This document shows positions 11,201 through 23,621 of a DNA stretch of 64,000 bases, in pieces. The translations under genes were made by a program, and so were the position numbers. Source of the DNA: Paraphysomonas bandaiensis (taxonomy: Eukaryota > Protista > Chrysophyceae). The notes below the pieces were generated by a model that worked only from the letters and a program-made list of their open reading frames with translations, searched no databases and was not told where the DNA came from. Positions within the stretch are counted from its first letter, which is position 1. Every line of letters starts with the position of its first letter. The stretch covers positions 186,001 through 250,000 of the forward strand of contig CBFFRP010000133.1 in assembly GCA_965644295.1 (NCBI GenBank). Direction: 5' to 3'.

Positions 11201-13296
11201 AAACTTGGCCCTCATGAAGAATAAATGAGCCTGAATACAGTAGATAGCATGAGGTCGAACTGCATCACAATACTGGACGAGGTGATATAACGCACTATGA
11301 ATCTCCATCAACACGACAAGCCCACATACCCAATACGGAGTCACCAGCTGTTGTATTGATAGCCTTTCGAATTCTAGCAACCGCCTGAAAAATACTCAAT
11401 ATTATCACCTCCATTACATTTCTCATACTAACGCATTCCGAATAATATACATTATTGCAACGTATTGCAATTTACTAAATCATTGTCACATGGCCCTAAC
11501 ATAAAATCATGATGGTACTGACGTGAAAGTTGGGGTTTCCGGCAGGAGAGAAGTGCATCCCCCACATAGAATTTATTCCAGAAACCGACATGAACTCTCC
11601 AGTTGATATGTACCATGTCAAAAAGCTCTTCAACAATCGTCTAAGTTCATCAGTTCATCTTACAATAAAAAAAATGCGATAGCGATACGTTAAGCATAGC
11701 GCTCAACAAACAACATATTTTCCAATACTTGTGGCACATTTTAGATAATAACATGACACCTCTCGCATAGTCAATAGTCACTCACCGAACAAGCTTTGGT
11801 GTGTATCTACAAGTTTTGATGTCGCCATTACAAGAATCTTCAGAAATTATATCCCGTAAATATTCTTCCTAAGTGTTAAAAAGCAAATCATTACTGCCAC
11901 AAATATAGAATACAATTGTACGCAACAAGAGTAATATCACGAGTATCAAACAAAAAGTACATCATACAATTTTATTGAAGTTGCGAATACGTAAACTGTA
12001 GCCGGAGTAACGAAAATGTACTCACGTTCTTCTCAATATCTTCCTGGATCTCTTTGTACTTCAGCTCAAGTTCCTAAATACGCAGCAATAATAAGTTTCT
12101 ATCAAAAGTTTCAGAAGGCTAGCCCAAAATAAAATACAAAAACGAAACTGGTGTACCGTACCTCCACAGTCGCCGCACCACTCCTAATCCCTAAATGCTC
12201 ACTGCGCCGCTCAGAATTCATGTCTGACCCGTCTTCAACGGAACTATCGCGATTCTTAAGCACCTGTTTATACATACCCTAAGATACACACTACACGAGT
12301 TGGGAAGTGTACTTGCGAGGTACAAGAATAAAGTACGTCGACCAATCTGATAAAAAACCACAGTGGAGTAGTACATAGGTATGAAACGTACATATATCAA
12401 AACCATATCTATCAAAAACGGCTACCTCTATATCTTGCTCAATTTGAGCGCAGCTTCTGTTGAACTTTCTTATTCTCTTCCGAAGTGTACTCACTTGTTC
12501 GATGGAGTTCCAGCCATTGTTAAGTGATATCATCCTTTCAATAGCACCCATCTGGGAGGCATACACAAGGTACATTTTCTAACAAATTAACACATATATG
12601 TTAAATTTCAAAATCAGAACATCACACTAACAACTTGGCCAATCTTCTACCGTATTGATGCAATACAACGATTCCATACACACTCAATATAACATTTCAC
12701 ATGCAAAGAGAAGTATCGGCCGAATAATTTACCTTAATAGCGTCAACAAGCCCAACTCCACAAGGAGAATGCTTATAGTAGTAAGTAGATGTATCTGTCC
12801 CAATGATCCCGTTTTTGTTCTCTACGGAGACAACGATCCAAATATTCGGTTCACACTCATAAAATCCCCATATATGTTTCTGCGAACAGACATTTAGCCA
12901 CAAAAAAGTTTATACTAATTATGGCTAATGCTATGTGCAAATTCAAACATAACTAACGTAAAGCATAATTCGTGATAGTGCAAAGGATATCACTAATATC
13001 CTCGTAGTGTATCAGCTTCACCTCCATTACGACGAACTCAATCGGGTCTGGACAAAATTTCCCGGAAAACTCCATCAGCCCCTCCACCATAGTCATGCGC
13101 GACAGCTGCATTGCTCTCAGTCAGACATCATTGGCACAAATACAGCAACATTGAGCTGTACCTGCCAGTACAACGGTGTGTCTGAGGGGTGGAAGAAGAG
13201 GATCTTCTCGCCCTGCTCCTCATCTGTTGAGCTCTCATCCACACTACCCATCTGACGGTGAAATATTATCACATTAGATATTCCCGAGTCCACCAT
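8250..13296 (-). CDS. CCZ1: Vacuolar fusion protein CCZ1 (Mon1-Ccz1 Rab7 GEF subunit), many exons
   Basis: Manual splicing gives EKILFFHPSDTPLYWQ|LSRMTMVEGLMEFSGKF, FYECEPNIWIVVSV, GSFILHEGQVLWNDL..DMLCLYEFI, FIYSNDCNVAFK and GVWVLARRLGDRTVIFIVE..IMI*. These parallel the conserved CCZ1 longin blocks in order. Some internal exon boundaries are unresolved. Confidence 0.85.
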
Positions 13297-13682
13297 GCTC
13301 AGAGAGAGGGTGATTGGAAGTAGGACTAGGACTTAAATAATTGTTGTGTGCTACAGTTGTATGCGTTCAACAGTTGATGGCAGCATGTGTATATATGCAT
13401 ACCATGCCATTACCTGGAGGGTGTACATTCACATACACAGCCGTATCTGCTGCATATCATAGTAGAAGATAGCAGTATTCTACTCTGTATTCTGTATTCC
13501 ATAATTTAACAGCAAGGCCCATACATAAGAACACGCGGACATGTACAGCAGCAGTACATGCATGTTGGTGTGTATTTTAGCTGTTAATTCGAAGCAAGTG
13601 TTGAATGTGATGGCATGCCATGATATCAACACAAAGGCGCGTATTCACTCATGGAACAGAAGCAGCTGTCAATATCTGAACA

Positions 13683-16614
13683 ATGAGACTATATAACTAC
13701 CTCTTAGTTCTTTTGAATCTAGCTGTGTTAGGAGTGCTGGTGCATTTGTTCCTATTGAACGCTGGATCAGAGAGCGGTCGAGTGGTGTCAGATGTTATGT
13801 TTTTTAAGGCTCCGGCTATAAGTACATCGGTACCGGTGATCGTTAACACAACCAGAGCACATGAACAGATTAACGTACCTGAACTGAGCAGTCCAGTTGT
13901 TAAATTATTCGCAAATAGCAATAAGGTGTCTGCTGGAGATACAGTTGAGCGGATATATCGGAGTCATGTGCTTCAGACACAGCAGGCTTTTCGGGACCAC
14001 CCGTTTCATAAAATAAACATGACTATTTCACTGGAAGATTATATGGCATATTTAGCTCAGCAGAGTAATTGTGCATCGAAGCCGATATTTTTGACTATGG
14101 CTCGTGTGTCTTCTCAATTGTATGTGTTGATTGGTATCTTAATGTAGCTGTGACATTTGTATCCACATAGGTATTGGCAACTGATCGAAAATTTCTTTTA
14201 TACTATGTTAGTAATTTTATACTATGTGTTAAAGCTTACTTATAGCAATGAATGCAGGAAATATTTCGGTCATCTGGAGTGTGCAGTGATGGTGTGTGTG
14301 TCAGGTTGAAGTCCACTCACCCCATAAGTATGTATAAAATTTGTGACTTAGATCCCGTTTGCGATTTAAAATGCAAGAACCAAGACTTTCCTTGTTATAG
14401 TTTTACTTATGAAAATCCACATGCGCATACCTTTGAGCAGGTATTTTCGTATCGCATACTATAGTAACTGCTTATCGATTGTAGGTAGCTGCCATAAAAC
14501 TTCGGCACGTTGCCTTGGCTCTTCAGAAAAACGTCAGCATTATGCTTTTGGATTTGGATGTAGGGTTTCTTCGAGATCCTTTGGATCTATTTGAAGGGTA
14601 CGCCATGAATTTAACAGTGAAGTTTCAATAATATTTAAGTTTCAGGTTTCTTGAACATTCAGATGTTCAAGTACGTGAAGTTGATGTTTGGTATCATAGA
14701 TGCGATAAATATAACTGTAATTTATGCGCTATTAGGTTAGAACTCAAATGGACATAGGTTGGGCCATGGATAAGCATCAAGGAATGACATGGTTTACTTT
14801 TCCCAGAGCTAATTTTGGACTATTTCTTGTCAAGGGGTGTCCACTCTCTGCATTGGTATGGATGCAACACTATAGTTGAATTAGTCTTAGTCGTGAATGA
14901 TCACAGCTATTTCATCGAGCCTGGAACAAGTATGCGAAATGTAAGGCTACGAAGTTACGTTTATTAAGTAATATGTAGCAGTACCTCCAGAGCATAAGCG
15001 TACTGTAGCAAAAGATCAGAGTGTAATCCAGGGACAACTGTCTTTCGGAAAGTGGAGGTATGTATCATACAGAGTTGCGTAATAATGTGAGCATAATCTG
15101 TTTTAGATATGATTTAAACTTTAGTTATTTCTACCCTGGGTTCCTTCCAGGTAAAATATGCATTCTATTTATTCAGGCTGATCCTCTCTTTGTAGATACC
15201 CACCCGCGCCAAGTAATTTTTACTCCCACACTACTGTTGCACAAAGTAGAGAACTACAACGGTCATGGAATCCGCTTTGAATTAGGTCTGTATTATTGTT
15301 ATGAATGGTGTAATGTGTAATTTTAATTTAGGTGGAGTTGCCGCATTAGAGGAGATAGGGACAGCCGTTGCAGGTTCGTAGAAATGCCTCTATACTCATT
15401 GATAAATATCCTACAGTGCATGCCACGTGCTATGAGAAGACGTCGAAGCTGCATGCTCTTAAGGTTGTTTTTTACGTCTGGTGTTTTTCTCACTTGGTTT
15501 TTGAAGGCTGCGAATGCATTCTGGGCAGATGAGTACTATGCACCGACAAAGAAAACATTGACCAAAGTACTGTGTATATTGGTGTCACTCTTTCGCAGTG
15601 TTTTAACTAATACGGTAATTATAGCCACTGATGTTGCGCACATCCGTACAAGATTTACTTGACGAAGTACGAGCACTGGCTTACGTAGCACTTCGAACTA
15701 ATCGTTCGCTTATTATTCCAAACATACTACTTGGTAGATATTTAGTTTTATCATAAAAATTATGTTAAACATGATGTCAGGGACCGGCTTAGATTTACCT
15801 GGTGGAAAGCGAAGTGGTCATATATTATTTGATTATCGTGCGAATGCAAGAAATGCGAAGGTGTAGAAGTGGTCGTTCTAACTATAGGCTCTAATACTGG
15901 TTCATTGTATAGGCAATGCTGTCATATCCTCAAAAGAAATCAGTACTTTCAAGTTCACACGGGTTGAAGAATATGCCAATGTCTCATGCAGCGCGCTATG
16001 GGTAAGCTATCATTAATAGTCCCATTATATTTAGATATCTATGCAGCAATAATTTGTACTGGCCTGCTTTCCGCGCAATATATTCAACGCTCAATATGCT
16101 AGAGGTTTGTCGATACTTTCATATCATGGTTACAGAATAAGAACATGTAATGCAGATTTTGGAACCTGGGTTCTACTTCAAGATTGAAGAGCAGCTATAT
16201 CTTGATGTTCCTGATCCCGAGATTATACAGTGGACAAAACCTGACCCACCACCTTCAATGAAGAACAGCGATAACAGTAGAGCAAATTACTTGAATTCAC
16301 TTGTTGACACTGTTTCAGCTGTTGATAGCTCACGTATTGTGCTAGATATTGTTGGGCAACAAGACCCCGTACCTGGTGAAGGTAGACCATGGGATATTTA
16401 CCGTTGGGCTAGACACTCCACTAGTTCGTGGGGTGGTGCAGTCGTGAATAAGGATGGATATGTTGCTATGCCACCTTTGCCTCGCAGATTTCAAAACCTC
16501 AATGACGAGTCAACTATACCGTTTTACGAACGTGTACAAACAGGTATTCTCATGTGCGAGAAGTTTTTGCTTCCACCCAATGGAAATAGGTCGTGTTTTA
16601 ATAAATGTAACTAA
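13683..16614 (+). CDS. Type II membrane nucleotide-diphospho-sugar transferase (GT-A, DxD; Nucleotid_trans/GT77-like), >15 short exons
   Basis: N-terminal TM anchor. Spliced exons give IENFFYTM, MLLDLDVGFLRDP (DxD), RANFGLFLV and KDQSVI. Confidence 0.7.
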
Positions 16615-17157
16615 TTGTGAACCCATATTATATATCCAGTACAGTACACACGCCCACACAATCATACATCGACTTCTCTCTTCGATAATTTCTATTTCCA
16701 CCCTTGCCACTCCTCGTTTTATACTTAAAATCTCTTCATGAAGATATCCAATATATGCAATCACGACGATATGTAAAACTAACACCTGAAGAGAAACTGA
16801 ATACACTACTACAATATTGTACAACAATATTCGAGTTCTAGTGATTGTAGGGTCATTTCTGGGCTTTATTAAATATCAAATACACACCACATATGTGAAG
16901 AGTTTCCCAATTATGTGATGTATAATACACCATGCAAATAGCCCCTGAAATTGAAAGTGGTTATACCGACATACAGACAACTTTTTATTTCTCATAACAT
17001 CATGAGAGAAGTCAAAAAGAATATCTTTATAAGTAGGTTAATAGATAACGATTCCAGAAAGACAAAAAGATGCCAGAAACGGAAAACACAAACATCTGAC
17101 ATTACATGTGGGTGGAATGAACATAGAATGACACGATGATTACATAAACATAATGTA

Positions 17158-18406
17158 TCATATATGCGATGACGAGCGCCTTCGTCGAGTTGGGGATGGA
17201 GCATAAGCTCTGCTTATTCTTGGAGAAAAGGTACAATTCAAAGTTTCGTTTTTCTCAGCTTTTGATTGCATTATTTTCTTCTCTTGTCGAAGGCGTTCGG
17301 CATCAGCAGACAGTCTAACATGAACAGGGAGACTATGTGGCCTGTAATAATATCAATATTATTTCAAAATTTGAGCTCGTTATTGCATAAATAAGCGTTC
17401 TGAACAAGCTCACATAAACCACACCAGTCTTACCCCGCAAGTGCTTGAGATTTCGGATTAATAGTTGGAGAAAAGCTGCAACCATCCAGCTCGGACTCGA
17501 CCTTCATTGCAGCTAGAGTCTCATTTCTAAACTGACGATTCATCGAAAGCCTATCAAACAACGGCGGTGACTCTAAGTGCCCCCCATGGGCACCGTCTCG
17601 ACTTTCTGTCAAGTGAGTAATCTGTCGAAGCAAAATATCAAACAGTTTCACAAAGATCGAGCAATCGACTGTATACCCGCGGACTAAAAGTTAATTCCTG
17701 GTCCAATTCTTTGCGAAGTGCTTCTAGCTGAAAGCAAATTAGCTTAATAATGTAGAAATGCCCAATCTACCTCACTGGAGTCTTTACTTCGCTTCGACAC
17801 CGCATCAGCATACAATCTTGCATGCACACTACCTTCATTCTATCATGATTTAAAAATGCACAATCAACATAATATGTAAAATATATTCATACGTACAGGA
17901 TGATTCTTTCTAATGGGGATCGAACTCATTGTCTTACTTTTTCTAATCGGAGTGGGCGATTGCTTCGGGACGGCTAGCCTCGAAAATACATCTTGCTTCT
18001 TTCGAGAGGGAGATGACTTCCTATTACAGGAGCTCAACTGTGGAGTGAATGTTAATCTTGATCTCTCGTCATCAAGAAGTTTCTTCCGTTTCTCTTCTAC
18101 TCTTTTTTTGCGTGTTTCTGCGTACTTCAAGAGACGAGAGACGACACTGTGTCCTGCGTCTTTCATCTTACCCTCACTCGACTCTACACTGCATAGAGAT
18201 GGAGAAAAAGTGCACTCCTTCATAATCTCCTTCTCTCTTTGAGTCTCTGTGGCTGCTCTCATCTCTGCGCGCTTTCTCTCCTGTTGCTTAGCATGAGCAT
18301 ACAGGCGATCAAATGGGCTCCGTGCTGTCTTTAAAGCACTGGAGGGGCTGGTCGATGGAGGTGGCGGAGCGGTTGGCTCAGGCGGGCTGGGATCAGAGAT
18401 GGACAT
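17158..18406 (-). CDS. Basic coiled-coil repeat protein with recurring (F/V)xRL...CTFxP units; possibly microtubule/cilium associated
   Basis: Exons give PFDRLY..ECTFSPSL, VVSRLL..LTFTPQL, LFDRLS..CSFSPTIN and VHVRLS..NCTFSPRI. Stop is at 17158-17160. Confidence 0.7.
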
Positions 18407-18586
18407 AACAGTAGCAGATGTAACCAGCTATGATATATGCTTCACTGCTGATAGCATTTGAACACCTCTATCTGTACGAATCTACTGCTAGATTCAATTC
18501 ACCGTATACCGTAATACCAAAATAACAGCCAAATACGATTAACGAATACATATAAATATACAGTACATGTTGGTATATTGCTGTAT

Positions 18587-18767
18587 ATACATACATACAT
18601 ACATACATACATACATACATACATACATACATACATACATACATACATACATACATACATACATACATACATACATACATACATACATACATACATACAT
18701 ACATACATACATACATACATACATACCTGCACACATGCTGGTGTACATACATACATACATACATACA

Positions 18768-18798
<31 letters not shown>

Positions 18799-18887
18799 GT
18801 ACATACATACATACATGCATACATACATACATACATACATACATACATACATACATACATACATACATACATACATACATACATACA

Positions 18888-18918
<31 letters not shown>

Positions 18919-18971
18919 GTACATACATACATACATACATACATACATACATACATACATACATACATACA

Positions 18972-19003
<32 letters not shown>

Positions 19004-19174
19004 CACATACATACATACATACATACATACATACATACATACATACATACATACATACATACATACATACATACATACATAGGTGCACACATACATACAT
19101 ACATACATACATACATACATACATACATACATACATACATACATAGGTGCACACATGCTGGTGTACATACATAC
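18587..19174. repeat. (TACA)n microsatellite, ~590 bp, interrupted
   Basis: Directly visible. Interruptions recur: TGCACACATGCTGGTGTACATAC at about 18728 and 19148, and ATATGT at about 18795 and 18915. Confidence 0.99.
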
Positions 19175-19253
19175 CAGAACACGAACAGGAGTGGTGTTGA
19201 TCCATCTCATCATCTCCACACTATTCTCTCTGAACTCCCAATTTTCGTAGGGA

Positions 19254-20284
19254 ATGTCAGATAACAGGAGAGCCACTATGGCTCTGTACCGGTCATTTAT
19301 CAAGTTAGCGCATCAGATGAACAGTTCTCGTCCGATGGTCCTGCAGAGCACGCCCCCCTTATCATCCTTGCAGAGATACAGGTACTACGATCCTGTAGTT
19401 CTGAGAACTAGTATTTTAAATGGAATATGCCACGATAACTCGTATGATGCGGACGTATCCCAGTCACCCTTCATAGAGCCCAGCACCGTTAAAGATATCG
19501 TCAGAAATGCTTTCCGTAAACAAGATGCGAGTAGAGATATGAGTCAGGCTCTAACGGCGGGTTACAGTGCCTTTCGAGCGGTGTCAGCAATGCAGACACA
19601 GTCCATAAATACGAGTGTTACTGAAAGTACTTTTCAGGATATATCTGTGCGAATTATCTGTTCTGCTATATATGTCGGCCCTATCCGAGCTGTGAACAGC
19701 AATTTGATGCACCATTATGCATATCGTATACAAATAGAAAACATAAGCAAAGAGGATACAAAATTTCAAGTGTTAGGTACGTGGAGTATAGACTTGGATA
19801 TAAATGGGTTTGACTGATTAATGTATCTATTGCTCCTACTTAAATACTAGTTAATGTTCCTACAAAGATAATTTGCTTGTTAATTCCACTGTAGGAAGAC
19901 ATTGGGTTTTCACCAATGCTAGTGGAACTGTAGAAATGCAAGTTCCAAAATTTTCGGAAGGTGTTATTGGTGAAACGCCGGTTATAGAGCTTAGCAAGGG
20001 GTTTGAGTATATGAGTCAGACGACAGTGACTACTGAGGTACGTGGTGCTGTACAATATAGACATACCAATCCAATGAAAAGTATGTATTTTCTCTGCGGG
20101 CGCTTTTTGAACCTTTTGTGTTGAAGGTGGGTGGTATGTATGGGTCACTGCTACTGCTGGACACGGCCACTAATACACAGTTCGAAGCAAGAATAGAACG
20201 GTATTAAAGAATGTTTGATACCTTCATTTTCATATTTTATAACCATTGCACAGGTGCGCCTTAACCCCGATTCAATTGTCATAA
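19254..20284 (+). CDS. ApaG (DUF525) domain protein with LYR-like N-terminus (4 exons)
   Basis: YAYRIQIEN..FQVL|GRHWVFTNASG..EGVIGETPVI..GFEYMSQT is the ApaG signature. The N-terminus has ALYRSFIKLA..VRNAFR. Confidence 0.85.
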
Positions 20285-21314
20285 ATTCAGATAGTTACAT
20301 TTCGTGATTACATTCATAGCCTGCATGCTCCTGAGTTTGGTGTCAGCGTTGTTTCGTATGAGCTGTATTTTTAATAACTATTTCTTGAGATAAGCCGCAA
20401 CTATTTAACCCATTTGCAACCCATGTATAAACTAATTGATAATCTACCGACGTTCGGCTGTGAGGTGATATCGGATGACAGAGGCTTGCGAAGCAATTCA
20501 TTTAATAGGTATAAAAAATGATAATTGTTATTATTATTGATGAGGGCTGCCAATTAATCGGCTGACTTAATTTATATAGCATCATAAGCTGTATAGTTAC
20601 TGATCATAACAATCTACACCTACAGAACCATCATCGCGAATTGAATGAAATATACGTCGAGTGTGACTTGTGATATCGAAATTCATGAGTCATCAGTTTA
20701 GTAAGGTAGGTTGTGCCTGAGTCGCCAAACATCGCTTTATTCACTGCTTTTATCATGTTGGTCACTTGCCATCGCAGCTGATGACTGTTTGACACTGTCA
20801 GTGCACGGACACCTGTGGAGTGTCTAGTCTAGCGCATGATTGCAACAAGGAAGTGCATTCGATTTCATAGCGTAGGCGATTTTTCCCTGAGCTCAGAATG
20901 AGTGGGAGCGATTAGCATGTATGTATTCACATTGTTTGAGATCAGACACCGTCATGCTGTCACGTTTGGCCTCTAGACGTATGCTGAAAATGATATGTGC
21001 AAGTGGAAAGTACAGCCCAAAGGCTGTGTAATAATTCTCATAATTCTCACAAGTTTTAGCAAGAAAAACGCGATAATTCCGTTTTTTTTTACCTTTTTTC
21101 CCATTATCGACATTATTTTTGTTGTGTAAAAAAAGTTTTAGACACAGCCTGGTAGGAATTCCTGGGAACATTCCTGGCTGTGTACATACAAGTAGACTAC
21201 ACTGTATTCCTCTAACGATATTCTGGACTGCTTTTGACGCGACATCACCATCTGATCTGATGTACAGTGCAGTAGAGTTCGTACACTCACACACTGCGAT
21301 TACTCTGTAGCTCA

Positions 21315-22349
21315 ATGGAATTCACAGATTCCTCAGCGACCATTCGTGTGATGGCCAAGTGGAGAGGGAGCGTCATCTGTCTGCAGGATATCGACATGTC
21401 CTCCACATCAGTGAGAGATCTTAAGGTGATGCTGGAGGAGCAGACATCAGTATCGATCCATCGCATGAGGGTTCTTGGTCTGGATACTAAAGCCACAGAT
21501 GATAAACTGTTATCGCAATATTCGAATAAAGTGAAGAGAGGTCAGCTGCACGTGTCTGTTATGGGCACTCCAGATAACGAGATTCAGGAGTTTGAAAGCA
21601 TTGGCGAAGGAGTTCAAGAGTCAGTGTTGAATGACTTTGGTCATAACTTTACCCCAGCGACAGATGAGTGGCACAAGCTCAAATATTTCACAGATAGTCT
21701 AGAGATAAATTTCATCAACGAGCCGCGAGCTGGAAAAAAACTATTAGTCCTCGATCTTGACCACACCATATTGGACTTTTCATCGAAAGGCTCGATGGAT
21801 CCAATTAAGATGAAGCGCCCATATATGGATTTTTTTCTTGAAAAGGCCTATGAGCACTTTGATATTGCTGTATGGTCACAGACTCACTGGCGTTGGGTAG
21901 AGATCAAGCTGATTGAGCTGGATATCATCAACAACCCTAGATACAAACTCTGTTTTGTGTTAGATAAAGCTAGCATGTTTCGCTGCGGCCCCAAAAAGCG
22001 TTACATAAAGCCATTGCACATAATATGGTCTAAGTTTCCTTGTCTGTGGGGAAGGCATAATACCGTTCACGTGGACGATCTTGAGCGGAACTTCGCGATG
22101 AACCCTGAAAGTGGGATATTAGTCACTGCCTTTTATCGACCTGATAGAGAGAGGAAGAAAGGAGAAGCTCGTGAGAAGACATCTGATATGGAACTGCTTC
22201 CACTGTCGTCTTATTTAAGTGAAGTTGGGGCTATGGATGACCTCAGCGCTGTCTGTCACAAAAATTGGAAGGAGAGAGCCGATGTTCTCATTCGGGGAAC
22301 TGATTCGTCCTTTCGGGAAACTGATAGTAAACCCTCGTCAATGTCTTAA
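21315..22349 (+). CDS. UBLCP1: Ubiquitin-like domain-containing CTD phosphatase
   Basis: An N-terminal UBL (KWRG..VRDLKVMLEEQTSV) is followed by a HAD/FCP1 domain: GKKLLVLDLDHT, MKRPY, IAVWSQT, KPLHIIW, NTVHVDDLERNFAMNP. Intronless. Confidence 0.93.
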   Translation: MEFTDSSATIRVMAKWRGSVICLQDIDMSSTSVRDLKVMLEEQTSVSIHRMRVLGLDTKATDDKLLSQYSNKVKRGQLHVSVMGTPDNEIQEFESIGEGVQESVLNDFGHNFTPATDEWHKLKYFTDSLEINFINEPRAGKKLLVLDLDHTILDFSSKGSMDPIKMKRPYMDFFLEKAYEHFDIAVWSQTHWRWVEIKLIELDIINNPRYKLCFVLDKASMFRCGPKKRYIKPLHIIWSKFPCLWGRHNTVHVDDLERNFAMNPESGILVTAFYRPDRERKKGEAREKTSDMELLPLSSYLSEVGAMDDLSAVCHKNWKERADVLIRGTDSSFRETDSKPSSMS

Positions 22350-23621
22350 TCGTGCAACTGACATGCATGCCGGGTGTTTGTATTTCTTAATATTTGTATG
22401 GTGATTTTTGTATATATTCCTCTAGTGCTAACGTCAGTTGAAGAAAAGGCACGCGGAGTAAAATATTCCGAAACTGCGATAATGATTTTGTTTTTATCGG
22501 GTAGTGTTCTCGTTTGTTTTCGCGTGTTATTAAATTACACTGTGTATTTACGACGCAAGATTTGAACGTAGTGTGTCCTATACATACCTGATGTAATATT
22601 TCGAGTTAGAGTCTTCTCCTCTACTATAAAAAGAGGAGAAATTGATATTAGAAGACAAAAAGATGTATTGCGCGGGGAAAAGCTTACTTCATAAAGGTTT
22701 TAGGAGGTTAATAATGAGGATGTTTGATATAACCGAATGTAACAAGTAAAACAGTTTTAGACTGGGTAGTTTCAATGAATTAACCACAACATTAAACGAA
22801 GAGCTGTCAGATCGAACAATTTGATAAATATCTACTCACTATCTTCAGACGTAAATGCTTGGTTGCTTTTTCGTCGTCGTCATCATTATGTGTGCGTGTG
22901 AAATAAATAAATGCACTACCACTGCACATCTGCGAAAATATATCGAAGGTTATTGTGGCTGGGTTAATAACTGCTTCTATTTCACAACATCGTTGTCAAT
23001 TGCCAATGTATTACATAGAGAACTATCATACATCATTTGGTGAGGACTTGCGATGGTAATGAGGAGTCTGTGATTAAATACCAGAACTTGTGTTGTAGTA
23101 TTTTACAAAGAAATTGTACTTTGAGCCATTCCCGTCCTATAGAGTGAGAAGTTTCATAATTAGCTGAAATGTGTAGTCGACTAGAGGTGAAACTCTAAGA
23201 GCTTCTAATGTGGTGCATGTTGGTGGCGTGTGTATTCAACAAAGGCAGAACGAAAATGCAGCTGGCATCGTATCCGTTGATTCCAAGAATTAAAGTTTTC
23301 TAGTATATGTACTCAATGATCCACTGATAGTTGATTACAGTAGACTTGACATTTCGTGCTAAACTCACTGTCCATGAACAGGGTGCTAGAATGGATACCT
23401 AATAGCCCATCTACATCAAACAAAAAGGAAATACAGCACACATCAGAACTGAATGTGAATTATATTCCCCTTGTCGTGAAATACTTATGACATACACCAC
23501 ATTAACTTAACGTAAGTCCACAATAAATCAAAAATATTACATGCCACAATTTTACAAAAATGTACAACAGAAAATATGAGCACTATTCTGAAGGTGGTAT
23601 ACATATATAAATATACGTGTT

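Noticed and set aside
8563-12903. Small minus-strand ORFs as separate genes
   Set aside because: They are exons of the single CCZ1 gene, whose motifs occur in the expected order.
18468-19303. Long ORFs of MYVC/YIHT repeats
   Set aside because: They are translations of the (TACA)n microsatellite, which has no stop codons in any frame.
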